Assembly (NCBI GenBank): GCA_025201805.1
Contig: MU619431.1
Span: 1-34,667 of the forward strand
Direction: 5' to 3'
Source: Parasitella parasitica NRRL 2501
Taxonomy: Eukaryota; Fungi; Mucoromycota
Length of the DNA stretch: 34,667 nucleotides
Shown: positions 1 to 12,096 of the stretch, in pieces
How positions within the stretch are numbered: position 1 is the first letter of the stretch
How the letters are laid out: each line of letters opens with the position of its first letter
Position numbers and translations under genes: made by a program
The notes under the pieces: generated by a model
Told to the model about the DNA's origin: nothing
The model's input: only the letters and a program-made list of their open reading frames with translations
Database searches by the model: none

Positions 1-23
1 AAAAAAAAAAAAAAAAAAAGTAC

Positions 24-1756
24 CTTGAGTCATAAGCATAATAGCCAATTTGATCGCCTTTTTGGGTATATTGTGAGTTTTTGGCGCTTTTGACTGGATT
101 TTGGTTGACGTTCTTGACGCTGGACATTGTTGCTAGCCCAAAATCAGCCAAGTAGCCTTTTTTCGTTTTGACATTGTACAAAAAGTTGCCAGGTTTGACA
201 TCTCGATGCATCAGGCCTTTTGTATGAGCGCTTTTCAACCCTATCAACAACTGCGAGATGTAGCTTCTCACGTCATCAGCATTCATGTCTCGATAGAAAT
301 CCTATGCAAGCAACAGTTAGCTCGTCACCCAGCTCTTTTAATGAGAAAAAGCATACATCAAAGTGGTCAAAGTGAATGTAAGGCAAGACAACAAAGGTCA
401 GAGCTTCGTGGCGGAACGCAGTGATTAATGGAGTGACACCGGGAGAAGATCTACATTTGAAGCACATCAGTATTTTGGTGCGATGGTCTCTTGGACCCAC
501 ACCTACCTCAACGCAGCTAAACACCGGATTTCATTAGCGACACGGGCAGGTCTGCTGATATCAAAAATCAATTTGATAGCGACAAAGTTTACATCGGCAT
601 CGTCCCCAACCGCACTAGCCAATCTGTGCTCTCGATCTGATTGCTTGTATTCGTCGACTAACAGATCTTTAGCTTTGTACACTCTGCTAAAGGTGCCTGA
701 ACCAGCTCTTTCGACAAGCTTATAGTAGCGAGCCAACCGAGGAAAGTTTTCTAGTATAGTTTTGATCTCTGCGTCGCCCTTCCTTTTCATGTATTCTTTC
801 ATCTTCTCCTCGATCTTTCGCCGGTCTTCTGTTTTCTCTTTTACTGCATTCCGTCCTTGATCATCTACCTGACCCTGTTCATTCAACTCGATAGCTACGT
901 GTGTATCATCTTCCTGTTCTACGGCTACTGGGTCTTGTTGAGTATCTGGCTCTGCATCTTTTGGAATTTTGTCTTGCGCTTTTTGCTGGATTACTTCAGC
1001 CTCTGCTTTAGGGTTGTCGTCAACGGAGGTCTCAGTTGTCTTTGCTTTAGCAGCCCTGCCTCTTTTTTTGGGCGGTGGCAATGGAGCACTAAATTCCTGC
1101 TTGATCCCGTTTTCTTTGCATAATCTAGCTTGACGTCGGGTCAGCCTTCTAAATGATGGCTCCACGGGGACCTCACAAACGGTGTTATGGGAAGTTGGCT
1201 GATGCTCCAAGGGAAATTCAACAAATGCTACGGTTTTCTCTTGTGTTGGCTTCATCAAGATGTCATCGATATGCTGTGTGGGCGACATGTATTCGAATTT
1301 TCCTGGTGGTGGTGACAGCAGCTGAGAATCCTCAAACAAGTCCAGATCGTCTTCGCCTAGAGGGGTTTTTGCTTCGATTGGGGAGCTGATTGTTATGATT
1401 CTTGATCGCTTTGGGGTGTCGAGATGTGGCAATTCTGCATCAGTCTCAAGCGTGAAATTTGATGAACGAATACGTTTTGGTGGTCTGGGAGACTGCAATT
1501 CTGTAAACAGATTGCTTTTGTATAGACCACGGACATTGCATCTGAAATCATCACTTGTAGGCTGATATCGGCTCAAGAACCAAGATTCAGAGAATGTGTC
1601 ATAGGCTTCTAATAGTGTTAGTTCATTCTTTATACTGGGTATGAAGAAAGGGGATGACGGCCGATCGTATCTTTTGGGTGTCGTGCTCTGCGGCGTCCTT
1701 TTGGTTGTGTTGGATCGTTTCGCTGGAAGCACAATTGGTATACCTCGATTATCCAT
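24..1756 (-). CDS. CDC7: Cdc7 (DDK catalytic subunit) Ser/Thr kinase, 5' part; continues past the left window edge
   Basis: Exons 1756-507, 450-357 and 301-24 have GT-AG boundaries and join in frame. Motifs: GSGTFSRVYKAKD, VAIKLIFDISRPARVANE, ITAFRHE..FVVLPYIHFDHF, LMHRDVKPGNFLY, GYLADFGLA, and GYYAYDSR (Cdc7-type kinase insert). Start at 1756 (MDNRG) is inferred. Confidence 0.85.
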
Positions 1757-2265
1757 TGATTTCTTATAAACGTTGGAGAAAAAGAGCATCGAGAGAAAAA
1801 CAAAAAAAATTTTATACATTTGCTGAACGAACGGCGGAGTCGCCTTCATCGTGGAATCCAGGATTTGATGGCCATGATGGCAGTTCCCATTTGGAATATG
1901 GAAAGCACTGTATATTCAAGTGACCCAATCGATTGTTTTTAAGAATGGTGATGACATCCTGTGCCAAATGTAGCCTCTATTTGCATAAATTCGGCATCAA
2001 CATGTGCTGGACGCACGTTTACAAAATGAAAGAAAAAGGGGTTTAGCATTTTTCGCTTCCGACTAGGTTCCTCTTTTTGAGCGAGCCCCCTCCCCAAGTT
2101 GTCCTAAAAAAGAATGTACTGTATACTCATCTTAAGCTTGACATGCCTGCCAATGGCACCGTAATTGGTTGGCTATGTTCCCACACTCTTATAAATAAGC
2201 TATTTCAATATCAGCATTTTTACTTTGTGTTAGAGAAGCACACCCTTTTTCACTTGTTTCCCCTC

Positions 2266-3716
2266 ATGTCGAATGACGATACACTGAATGTGCTATCTTT
2301 TAACTGCTGGTAAATAGCATTTTTTGCTTTGCTATACCCAATAGCTTACATTTCAGCGTGCAATAGGGGGCTTGCTGTAGTCGCCAAGCATCGCGACTTC
2401 CGATTGAAAGCTATTGCCAAAGCATTGCAGAAAGAAAAGTACGACATTATCACATTACAAGAGGTTTGGGTGTCGAACGATTTTGAGCTTATTCGAGAAG
2501 CTGTAAGGCAGACATTACCCTATACCAAATACTTTTACAGTGGCGCTTTGGGCAGTGGTTTGGCCATCTTGTCCAGATTTCCTATAGTTTCGAGCACATA
2601 TCATCGTTATGCTTTGAATGGGAAGCCTCTCAAATTTTTGCATGGCGATTACTATGTCGGCAAAGGGGTAGGTTCCGCACTTGTGGATCATCCAGTCATT
2701 GGGCTTTTGGAGGTATTTAATACTCATTTGCATGCTGGTTATGGACCTAAAGATCAATACAAAGCGCACCGCGCGACAGAGTGCTGGCAATTGGCAAATA
2801 TTCTGCGGAACTCTGCTGCAATGGGAAGACAGATTATAATGGTATTTACACAAGGCTATGTGAGGGGTGGATGTGATGTATGCTGACCTCTGTGTATCAA
2901 CAGTCGGGTGACTTTAATAGCGTACCAGATTCCTTTAATTATCAATTGATACGAGATCATGGATTCATGTCAGATTCGTGGCTTCAAATTCACGGAGGTC
3001 CTGATGCAAATCAATTCAATATGGACAAGATTACGGCAGATAGCTACACACAATACTTTGGATTCACGTGCAATTCGCCTTACAACACCTTCTCTCGATA
3101 TTTCGATCATGGAAACAATACCAATGCTAGAAAACTGCTAGGCAAAAGACTGGATTACATCTTTTATCGTTATTCGCTTCAGTTAAAATGTGTCGAGTCA
3201 AAAGTTGTATTAACAGAGCTGGTGCCTGGCTCGAGCATGAGCTATTCGGATCATTTTGGAGTAGCTTCTGTCTTTTCAACAAGGTCGCAAAACCAGCTGG
3301 AAAAAGAAATGGCACCTATGCCATCCCTGCTGTGCCATCCTAATTACACAGGCTTGCAGCCGACGGTTATTCAAGATATCTTGGATGAATTAAACCGAGA
3401 TCAAAGCAGAGCAGCAAGACATTCCCGAAGATTGCTGTATACGTTTGCGTTGTGTGTATTCTTGCAGGTGATATTCTATGTTTTAATTATCGTGCTGCCA
3501 GCAACGTTGAGTTACAGTTATGGAAAATTGCCAGTTATTATAGTTACGGTGTTTGATGGGATTTTGATGAATATTGTATCACTGCTGATACCTGTTTGTT
3601 TGATCGTCGGATTTGTATTTGGGCACACTGAACAGCGAGCCTTACTACAATTTATAAATGAAATAGAGACGTTCAAACAGAACCTAGACGAAAAGCGTTT
3701 TATTTCAATAGTTTAG
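2266..3716 (+). CDS. ISC1: Inositol phosphosphingolipid phospholipase C / neutral sphingomyelinase (EEP fold)
   Basis: Exons 2266-2309, 2367-2841 and 2904-3716. Motifs: LSFNCWGL, YDIITLQEVW, GSGLAILSRFPI, GDYYVGKG, NTHLHA, GDFNS, KRLDYIF, SDHFG. Two C-terminal transmembrane segments. Confidence 0.93.
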
Positions 3717-5614
3717 AACTCATAGTATGTAGTATTGCATATCAATTCCCATTGTTTTACAGATTTGCATTGAATAGAAATACAGCCAAAGAATAGATCT
3801 TGTTCCCATTCTCTACTCGTTCTTGTGTAAAGATAATTTCGCGATTGTTTCACTTTGGAGTTCTTGCTGATAGCTTTCTCGAGATATTTCTGGTTGTTGA
3901 TCCATCCATATTGGTAGTAATGTTCAGCTATTGCTGATTTTCGCTCGTTCAATCTTTGGATTTTTGGTTTTTCATAGTAGCAATTGCCGCCGTTGTAGGC
4001 ATGATACCATCTTTTGGCGCTTGCTGTCTCAAGGGAGAAGATTCTTGCGTTTGGGATCCAGGTATGGCATTGAAGCGGTACCGAATCAAGGCGGATTCCA
4101 TTCATTGAAACTAGATCAAAGTCATTGTGAGGCATATTGATGTTTATCTGATTTTTACTATCGTCCCTTTGGTCGCATTCGTAAAAGGAAAGTTGTTTTA
4201 AGTTACGGCATCTCTTGCCCAAATGATCAAATACATGGGCGGAAAACGAGACAGTGCTGAGATGTAGCGATTTCAGAGGATGTGCATGATGGTTTTGACC
4301 TTGGTGTAACATGAGGTGAGCAGATCGGATGGTGAGGTCAAGCAGCTGCCGGCATCCACTGAGCACTATGTTTACATCACAGTCAAAATAAGGGTGGCCA
4401 CAGCACAGCACCAGCTCTGTTAGCCTGGTAAAATGAGACAGTGGGTCCAAAATATTGGAGATGTGGAGGTCTGTTCCAATGACTTCTGTGCCTAATCCCG
4501 AGATAACTTGTTGACCTCTTGTTACTAAAAGATCGAAAAATTGATCTCTTGACACTAGGTTATACGTTGATTGTTTGAGTTTGATCTCTTTGAGGTGGTT
4601 ATGTGTTGCTAATGTATCGAAAAAGGCTCCGGTCATGTACCTTCTACCAGTGACACTATCTATTTGCAATTTCCGGAGGCCAGGGCAACTACTGATAAGC
4701 ACAGAAAAGAGGGTATGAATTTCCTTGGCAGAGGGTATTGCGGGTTGTAGTGGGGAATAAACGGCCTTTTTGTAGGTATGGAAAGCTGTCGTTGCCGAGT
4801 CTAATGCCTCTATATCAAATTCCTGCATTTGAGGGTATTTTCTTGCAATGTAATAAATCCATTGAGGTGGGATTGTAGCTATTAATTTCAGGCGTTTAAT
4901 GCGTACTGGCGCAATTTTTTGCAATGCGTTTAGTGTGTCTGCTTGAGATGTATATTCCATCGTGAATTTGAATGATCCACTCAACTCTAAATCAATTAGC
5001 GATGGCGACGCTGAATGAATAGACTCCATATCTTGAAGAGAAACTTGGATCACATGCGATTTCCTTTGTTTGCTGTTTATGTATAATTGCTGTAGATTAG
5101 GTATATTGGCTAAAAGTCTGATCAGTGATGATTGCTGCTGATCAAACAAGGTGCTGACTAATTCACCATGCAGCGAAAGTTGCTTCAATCTATAGCTGCC
5201 TATCGTTGACAATGTAGACATTGTATAAATGTTGAATGTCGGCAGTTGTCGAATGCAATTCCATTTGCCGATGCTTGGCAAATTGCTGTATTTCCAAAGC
5301 TTCTGGTCAAAGTCCAAAATTTCCATATACGGACAGTATGTGGCCAATTGATCCAATTCAAATGAAGTGATACCAACTATATTCTTACTTGCTGATTTGC
5401 ATTTGGTAAAATAGACCTGGCGGACCAAATGTCCCTTTTTTTCGATGATTTGAAGGAACAGTTTAAACTGATGTCGATTTTTGATGTAGATCACCTTATA
5501 CATTGCTCGGTGTACTGATTTGAACCAGTTTCTGGAGAGTGAAAGGCATTTGTATTGCTGGTGATTCGGTAGATACTCTGCTACCAGCTCGATGAGTTCA
5601 GCAGGAAAGTCCAT
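3713..5614 (-). CDS. F-box / leucine-rich-repeat protein (type expanded in Mucorales), intronless
   Basis: N-terminal F-box-like MDFPAELIELVAEYL...CLSLSRNW followed by RNI-like LRR units (CPYMEILDF, PNLQQLYI, CPGLRKLQI, CRNLKQLSF). The upstream part of the 682 aa ORF is low-complexity UTR-like sequence, so the start is placed at 5614. Confidence 0.8.
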   Translation of the reverse strand: MDFPAELIELVAEYLPNHQQYKCLSLSRNWFKSVHRAMYKVIYIKNRHQFKLFLQIIEKKGHLVRQVYFTKCKSASKNIVGITSFELDQLATYCPYMEILDFDQKLWKYSNLPSIGKWNCIRQLPTFNIYTMSTLSTIGSYRLKQLSLHGELVSTLFDQQQSSLIRLLANIPNLQQLYINSKQRKSHVIQVSLQDMESIHSASPSLIDLELSGSFKFTMEYTSQADTLNALQKIAPVRIKRLKLIATIPPQWIYYIARKYPQMQEFDIEALDSATTAFHTYKKAVYSPLQPAIPSAKEIHTLFSVLISSCPGLRKLQIDSVTGRRYMTGAFFDTLATHNHLKEIKLKQSTYNLVSRDQFFDLLVTRGQQVISGLGTEVIGTDLHISNILDPLSHFTRLTELVLCCGHPYFDCDVNIVLSGCRQLLDLTIRSAHLMLHQGQNHHAHPLKSLHLSTVSFSAHVFDHLGKRCRNLKQLSFYECDQRDDSKNQININMPHNDFDLVSMNGIRLDSVPLQCHTWIPNARIFSLETASAKRWYHAYNGGNCYYEKPKIQRLNERKSAIAEHYYQYGWINNQKYLEKAISKNSKVKQSRNYLYTRTSREWEQDLFFGCISIQCKSVKQWELICNTTYYEF

Positions 5615-6712
5615 TTCTTTGTATTTTTTGTTTAGTAAGAAAATGCGAGAGGAGAGAGAGAAAGGGGGCGGGGGAAAGACAAATAAAAAAGAAAAGAAAA
5701 TAGCATAAGATAGAAAGGCATGTGGAAGAAGTCTATGTTTGTGATACCGACAATTTGCCATTACACAGAAAACAGCTACAACAGGATTTCATTATTAGAA
5801 AGCCAACCAAGTGGATTTAGATACAATGAAAGAATATGGGGTAAAATCCAATTTATCGTAGACAACCATGTCTACTTATTTTTTTTATCGTGGTATAACG
5901 CGAATATCTTGCTCAATTACAGCAATATATGCCCATAGATTCAAAATTTTTGCATCAGCATGTACATAACTCTAATCTTTTGTGTTATATTAATCAGAAA
6001 TCAAACATCCACAGTAATACTTTCTTGATTTTAATAGTATCAAGTGTCTAGTTTGTTCCCTACAAAGCAGAAACTCCTTCTGGAAGACTTCAATAGCGGT
6101 CATTCCGGAGGAAGAGAAATAAGGTGAGGTATCAGGTTGAGCAGGTCGGGCTGCTTGTCTTATGAAGGTAACTGATGTCTTTTGCCACCCGCTTAGTGAG
6201 ACTAACAAAGGGCATTTCATAGTACTTATCAAGGCAATGACGGTTAGCTGAGTAAACTCCATTAACCGAGCAGGTTGTTGAGATGGACAATGCCGCAATT
6301 TGCAAAACATCCAATGCTCTTCAAATAATCCGTAATCACAGCCATGCTACTCGTACTTGCCTGGATACGGAACGAAACTGAACGTAAATATGCAGCAATG
6401 ACAATTGCTGAAGACTCTTACCAAGTGTTCAGCTTAACATTATGCACTACAAGAAATCACATTACTTGCTTCTGCTTCGGAAACATCTTGACTGCTACAG
6501 TAAGGAATGGAAGAAATTGCTGAATCAGGAAATATGCATGCAGTTGTAAAATCTGGAATAATTGATATTCACTGCATTTTCAAGGCACATAGAGCTAGAC
6601 CCTTTTCATAAATATATTAGCCATTTTGCAGCGCATCTGTAACGCTAACGAGTTTTACCCGCTTTTCCCATCAACATTGTCCCTCTTCTTTTTTTTTTTT
6701 TTTTTTTTTTTT

Positions 6713-6737
6713 NNNNNNNNNNNNNNNNNNNNNNNNN
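6713..6737. other. Assembly gap (N run) after a poly-T tract
   Basis: Run of n preceded by a long T homopolymer. Confidence 0.98.
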
Positions 6738-6921
6738 CAACAAATAAAGCAGTTTCTCCGAGTCGGGTTAAGCGAATGTCGTGTATAAAAGAGCTTGAAC
6801 TTTCCCCTTCTTTCTACTCTTCTTCTGCCTTGCATACCGTTCACAGCAGAGAAGGTTCCTCGGGTACTTTGATCTGTGAAAATAGAGGGCTACGCAATAA
6901 TTTCCGTCTTGTTGAAAAAGA

Positions 6922-8926
6922 ATGATTCATTTACGTCTGATTTGTGGTATCCTCATCACCCAAATTTCATTTTATTCATCTGTAATTGCTGTTCAAAACC
7001 GTACTTTATACTCGTGTGATTCTCCAATTTACTGCGATGGTCCAATTCTTAAAACTGTGCAGCTGGCGAGAATATTTGCGGACTCAAAGACGTTTGTAGA
7101 CATGGTACGTCATTTATACTAAATCATAGATCTTCACGACTAACACTGCATGCTTGCCCATAGCCCACTGCCAAACCTGAGGCCCAAATTATTGCCTCTT
7201 TCAATCAACTAGGTGGTACAAACGCAACAAAGGACCAAGTGATGCAATTTTTGAATGAAAATTTCTTGCCTGCTGGAACAGACGTGAAGCTTTTAACTAA
7301 CATCACAATACCTGAATTATCTTGGATAGATACTATCTCTGATCCCGAATATCGTGGTTGGCTCAGCACCCTCAACAAAGCCTGGGGTAATTTGACTTTT
7401 GAATTCGATGATTCTGCTTTATGCCAAGATTGCACTTCATCTACTTTACCAGTATCTCGTCCTTTTGTTGTACCGGGTGGGCGCTTTCGTGAATTTTACT
7501 ATTGGGACTCTTTCTTTGTCATTAAAGGATTGCTCTTGGGCGACCAGATCGATCTAGCAAGAGACATGATTGAAAATTTTTTTGATTTTGTCAAAAGATA
7601 TGGTTTTGTTCGTAAGTAGCATACTGAAGTATCACCGTATAGACACTAATGTGGATGGATGTAGCAAACGGCGCTCGCATTTACTATCTTAACCGCTCAC
7701 AGCCTCCATTTTTAACCCACATGGTACAAGCATACTATGACAAAACAGGCGATGATGACTTCATGACAAAAGCTTTACCTATATTGGACCAAGAATATGC
7801 CCATTGGATGGCAAACGCCTCTATTCGAGTTCAAGATCCTAAACATGATAAGACTTACACTTTGAATCATTACGTTACTCTCAATGCATCTCCTCGCCCC
7901 GAATCCTATGTAGAAGATTATAATACTGTTAATAATGGAACTGATTTTACTGACGCCGAGAAATTGCAAATGTACGCCGATATCGCCGCGGGTGCCGAGT
8001 CTGGTTGGGATTACTCCTCTCGATGGACCAAGAACAAAGCGCCTGCAGCTAATCAAACGGAAAGTTATGAAATGTTGCGTACCATTAACACCGCCAGCAT
8101 TGTTCCTGTCGAGCTCAACTCACTTTTATGGCATACTGAAACCAAGCTATCTCAATGGCATGTGCTCTTTGGCAACAAGACAAAGGATCATAAAAGCAAG
8201 TCCAAGTACTACACAAAGCAGGCAAAGACCCGATTATCTGCCATGGAACATCTCATGTGGAACCAGCAAGACCACGCGTTCTACGACTTTAACTTGACAA
8301 GTAATGCACAGAGCATTCAATTCACACCTGCCAGTCTGTTTCCCATGTGGGTCGGTGCATTACCCGAGAAAATCCTCAAAAATAGAACCCAGGTTGCCAA
8401 ATTATACGATGAAACAGAAAATGCACTTCGAAAATATCCTGGTATTCTGACCACATCCTATTATAACACAACAATGCAATGGGACTGGCCCAACGGCTGG
8501 CCCCCTCTCTCTTTTGTAGCCATGGAAGGCATGTTGCGTATAGATGACCTTCTCAATAGGGAGGAACGCTTCAAAAATGGCACAGTCAAATACAAGGGGC
8601 CAAAACTTAACACCACACGAGGAACTCCCATCTCCACATTGGCTCGTGTCTTGGCAGAACGCTATGCTGCTTCTGCTTACTGCGGTTGGATTAACACAGG
8701 TGGATCGATTCCCGGTATACTTGAGAAATTAAACACCTCGGTAACAGATGATGGCCACATGTTTGAAAAATTCGATGTTAACACAATCGGTTTGTCTGGT
8801 GGTCAAGGCGAATATGTAACTCAAACTGGTTTTGGGTGGACTAATGGGATTGCTTTTTGGATTTTCAATCAATGGCCCAACTTTACAACTCCTGACTGTA
8901 CCCAAGTCATCAAATTAGACTTGTAG
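6922..8926 (+). CDS. Secreted alpha,alpha-trehalase, glycoside hydrolase family 37
   Basis: Exons 6922-7104, 7164-7611 and 7665-8926. Hydrophobic signal peptide. Motifs: DSKTFVDMP, PGGRFREFYYWDS, PNGARIYYLNRSQPP, PRPESY, AESGWDYSSRW, QWDWPNGWPP, MFEKFD, GEY..QTGFGWTNG. Many N-glycosylation sequons. Confidence 0.95.
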
Positions 8927-9971
8927 TCTATGATAGACATATATACATACTAATATATAAGAATTATTTATTCACTAAATGTAAAACACTTTGTAGAAGT
9001 GATACCTGATTTTGACGGTTTCTTTACTTTTAAATAGTTAGAGTAACGTCAACTAAAATTCTCTATCACAAGAGTAAAAACTCGAAGCTAGCATTTTTAG
9101 CTGAGTTTTTTGAACTTCATTAGCAATAAATCATGATGTTTCACGGCCAAAAAGAAGAAAACAATTTTCATGGTGTAAATCCTGTTATTTATATCAATTC
9201 TTTGTATTTCATCCGGATTTTAAATGTTCCATAATAGTGAAATAGTTTTATTGTAAGATAAAACTTCAATCTTCTCGGAATCGTAGTGAATCAATTGCTT
9301 TATTTATATTATAAAAAGACATTTGTTATTGAAATGGAGTCTACCAAATTTATGCGCTAACACAGTTTTGCTTATCTCATAACATTCCATCAGTATCAGA
9401 TATTTACTCATAACTTCTGTGATCTGCCATAATCATATGTAGGAGATCATGGCAATGTACTTCAATTGAAGATTGAAGAAGATTGTCTAATGGTGTGATA
9501 TGATATACGCTTGTGTCAACTGGAGAATAAAGTCTCTTTTTCAAATCAAGAAGGTTATTCTTGAAGTATCACAGATCTGAGCACCAGGATAAAGGTTAAG
9601 GCACTGCCAGATCAAAGACGTGTAGCCCTTGTTGTATAGCCTTACACCGTACCCTGTCAAGTAGATTGTCATTGTGAATTAGTCTTGTCATCAATTAGTA
9701 ATCTAAATAAGTCACCGTAAATTTATGTAGTAGTTGTAAAAGAAGGTTTAAATAGCAGATGCAAATTCGATCTTAAATAAACTATCTTTAAATTTTTTGC
9801 ATCCCGTTAATCTTTGGTTCTAATTATCTTTTTTTGATCCACCAATATCAAAATCAGCATTCATGTCTTTATTTAATCCAAGGAGCTATCAGATGATCAT
9901 ATCACAAATTAACATATCAGAATTGCATATAATCGATAATAGGCTTCGATAAACAGCAAAATAAACACTGT

Positions 9972-10110
9972 CTTATGCGCCATAAGAACAGGCATGATCA
10001 TCGCTATCTGAGCATAACTTGCTTACCACTGAGCGATGTCTCTATTAAAAAATTTCCGCAAAAACATTTTGGTTTTTTCGCTGTCGGAGTTTAAATTGGA
10101 AAATCACGTG
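9972..10110 (-). repeat. Copy 1 of a ~140 nt non-coding structured repeat; reverse complement of 34528-34667
   Basis: 9972-10044 is identical to the reverse complement of the last ~73 nt of the window. 10045-10110 is similar but more diverged and ends at CACGTG. Confidence 0.93.
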
Positions 10111-12096
10111 CTTTGGCTTGTCACAAGTTTTGCGCGAAATTTTTGGAATTAGGTGTGCAATTTGTATTAACCGTTATTAAGAGTATAATATCAGAGCATT
10201 ATTTAAATAATGTTAAATATATTTTCGTATAATTTTTTTCTAAGGTAATTGTGGTATCCATATAAATGCTGTGTATCCTAAATCTAACACAATTATATGC
10301 ACAACAGATCATAATAATACTCAATGTTGTTAATTCTTTTAAAAATACGAAATAAGCTACAAGTTGTAATTGAACCTCTTGCAATATTCTAGGTTTTTTG
10401 AAGATAAACATCAAGACTAGATAGCATGATGTTGGTGAGGCATCTTGTCCAGATTGTCTCTTCTTTATTGTAAAATAGAGAATTAAGTCTGTTCCTGGAA
10501 TATGTTGTGCCAGGAAGGCATGAGATTAAGCAATTATTAGATTGGTAATTCTTTGTATACAATGACAAGGATTAAGCTATTAATGTACAATAGAACTGTA
10601 ATGAACTTGGTATGTAATACCAAGCTCAATGTTTAACCATGATGACAAATAGTGTTACAATAGATATAATCAAGTATAAAAAGATGGCATTTTCTTTTCA
10701 ATAAAGTCATTAGTATTTGTGTCTGATTTTATTTTTATAAAGTTATACATTTTTTTGAGCAGATCATTTTTATATATCCTCTGCGCATAACAGAATACTT
10801 TTATTTAATGATATCTAATAAGGAGTGTCAGACATCAGATGTAATTTGGACAAATATTGATTAAGATACATTTTTGTATAAATAGAGATCATTTCTAAAT
10901 GTCAATAATGTTGATGATTCAAATCAAATCTAAGCGGTAATGTATTATACTCTATATAATACATCATAAAGTGAGCATGAGTAGAACTGCGTAGTAGAAT
11001 GGGATGACTTTATTTGGACATGGCAAAGAGACATGAGTGGTGCCATTGAATGGTGGACCTGTATCCCAGTACAGAGTGGTGATATCCTATGATATTTGGT
11101 TCCTGAAATCAGTGTTAAATCCTGATGAATGTTCTTCCACCAGAAGCTACTGTGAAGAACACTCTATCTTTACGTATCTATGCTCTTGTCTTACTGATAA
11201 TTCGGAAAGTCGTATTCACCAATCTCCTAGAGATTAGTTCAAGGCGTACACAATTATCCCTTATCCTAGATCATGATCCTATTGCTGCGGCACTGTCAAA
11301 TAACTATAAATACCTTCATAACATGTACTAGTTTAAATCCTTATCCATTCTTGGAATAGCAAAATAAATAGATTCAGTTCTAATTGTATTTTTTCTGCCT
11401 ATATTTTGTTATTATGAACATATAAAAGTCTTCAGTTTTTTATCTGGTTTTACCTAGAGATAGTCTTCATCACTTTTTATGTAACATTGACAAAGAATTT
11501 TGCTATTCCCTTCACACTAGCACAACAGAAACTATAGAACCGCGATCGAACCTGAAAGACATGGCGGTGACCCAGCTCTATGGAATGATAAAAGTATCCT
11601 ATTCATGAAAATATCGTTATCGATAAAGTTAGCAACAAAAGAAATGAGACAGTACTAAAGACAGTTATTCTTGTATTGATAGCCATAAAAAAATGAAACA
11701 ATCAATATGTTATGGATAGATATATGTATTTAAAAACATTACAGCAATTCGCCTCAATGCCCCCTTTTTACGTTTTGGCGGGAGACGCGCAAAAAAAAAA
11801 GAGAACATTTTTCATCAATGCTACGCATGGTACATATACAAATCTGATGCTCTCTTTGCTATTCAATCTTGAAGATACACGTGATCGATGGTTTTGCTGT
11901 TTTGAAACTGCTTCCATGTATAACATACATTGCACTCTGCTTTCCCCCTTTTTTCTTTTGTTAAAAAAGCATTAATAAAAAAAAAGTAGGAGGTTCTTCT
12001 TGCTTGACGAGAAACTGCTACATACATTTCTTTTTCTTTTACATATATACATATATACATACATATATATATTAAGCTATCTTTAGATAATATCAA

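Noticed and set aside
5615-5761. N-terminal hydrophobic extension of the F-box ORF (and likewise 1757-1849 of CDC7)
   Set aside because: Translations of pyrimidine-rich 5' UTR or promoter tracts; the domain-consistent ATG lies downstream.
5990-6314. Short minus-strand ORFs upstream of the F-box gene
   Set aside because: No motifs or splice support; consistent with random ORFs.
12018-12072. (AT/ATAC)n microsatellite and several poly-A/T runs
   Set aside because: Ordinary low-complexity intergenic sequence.
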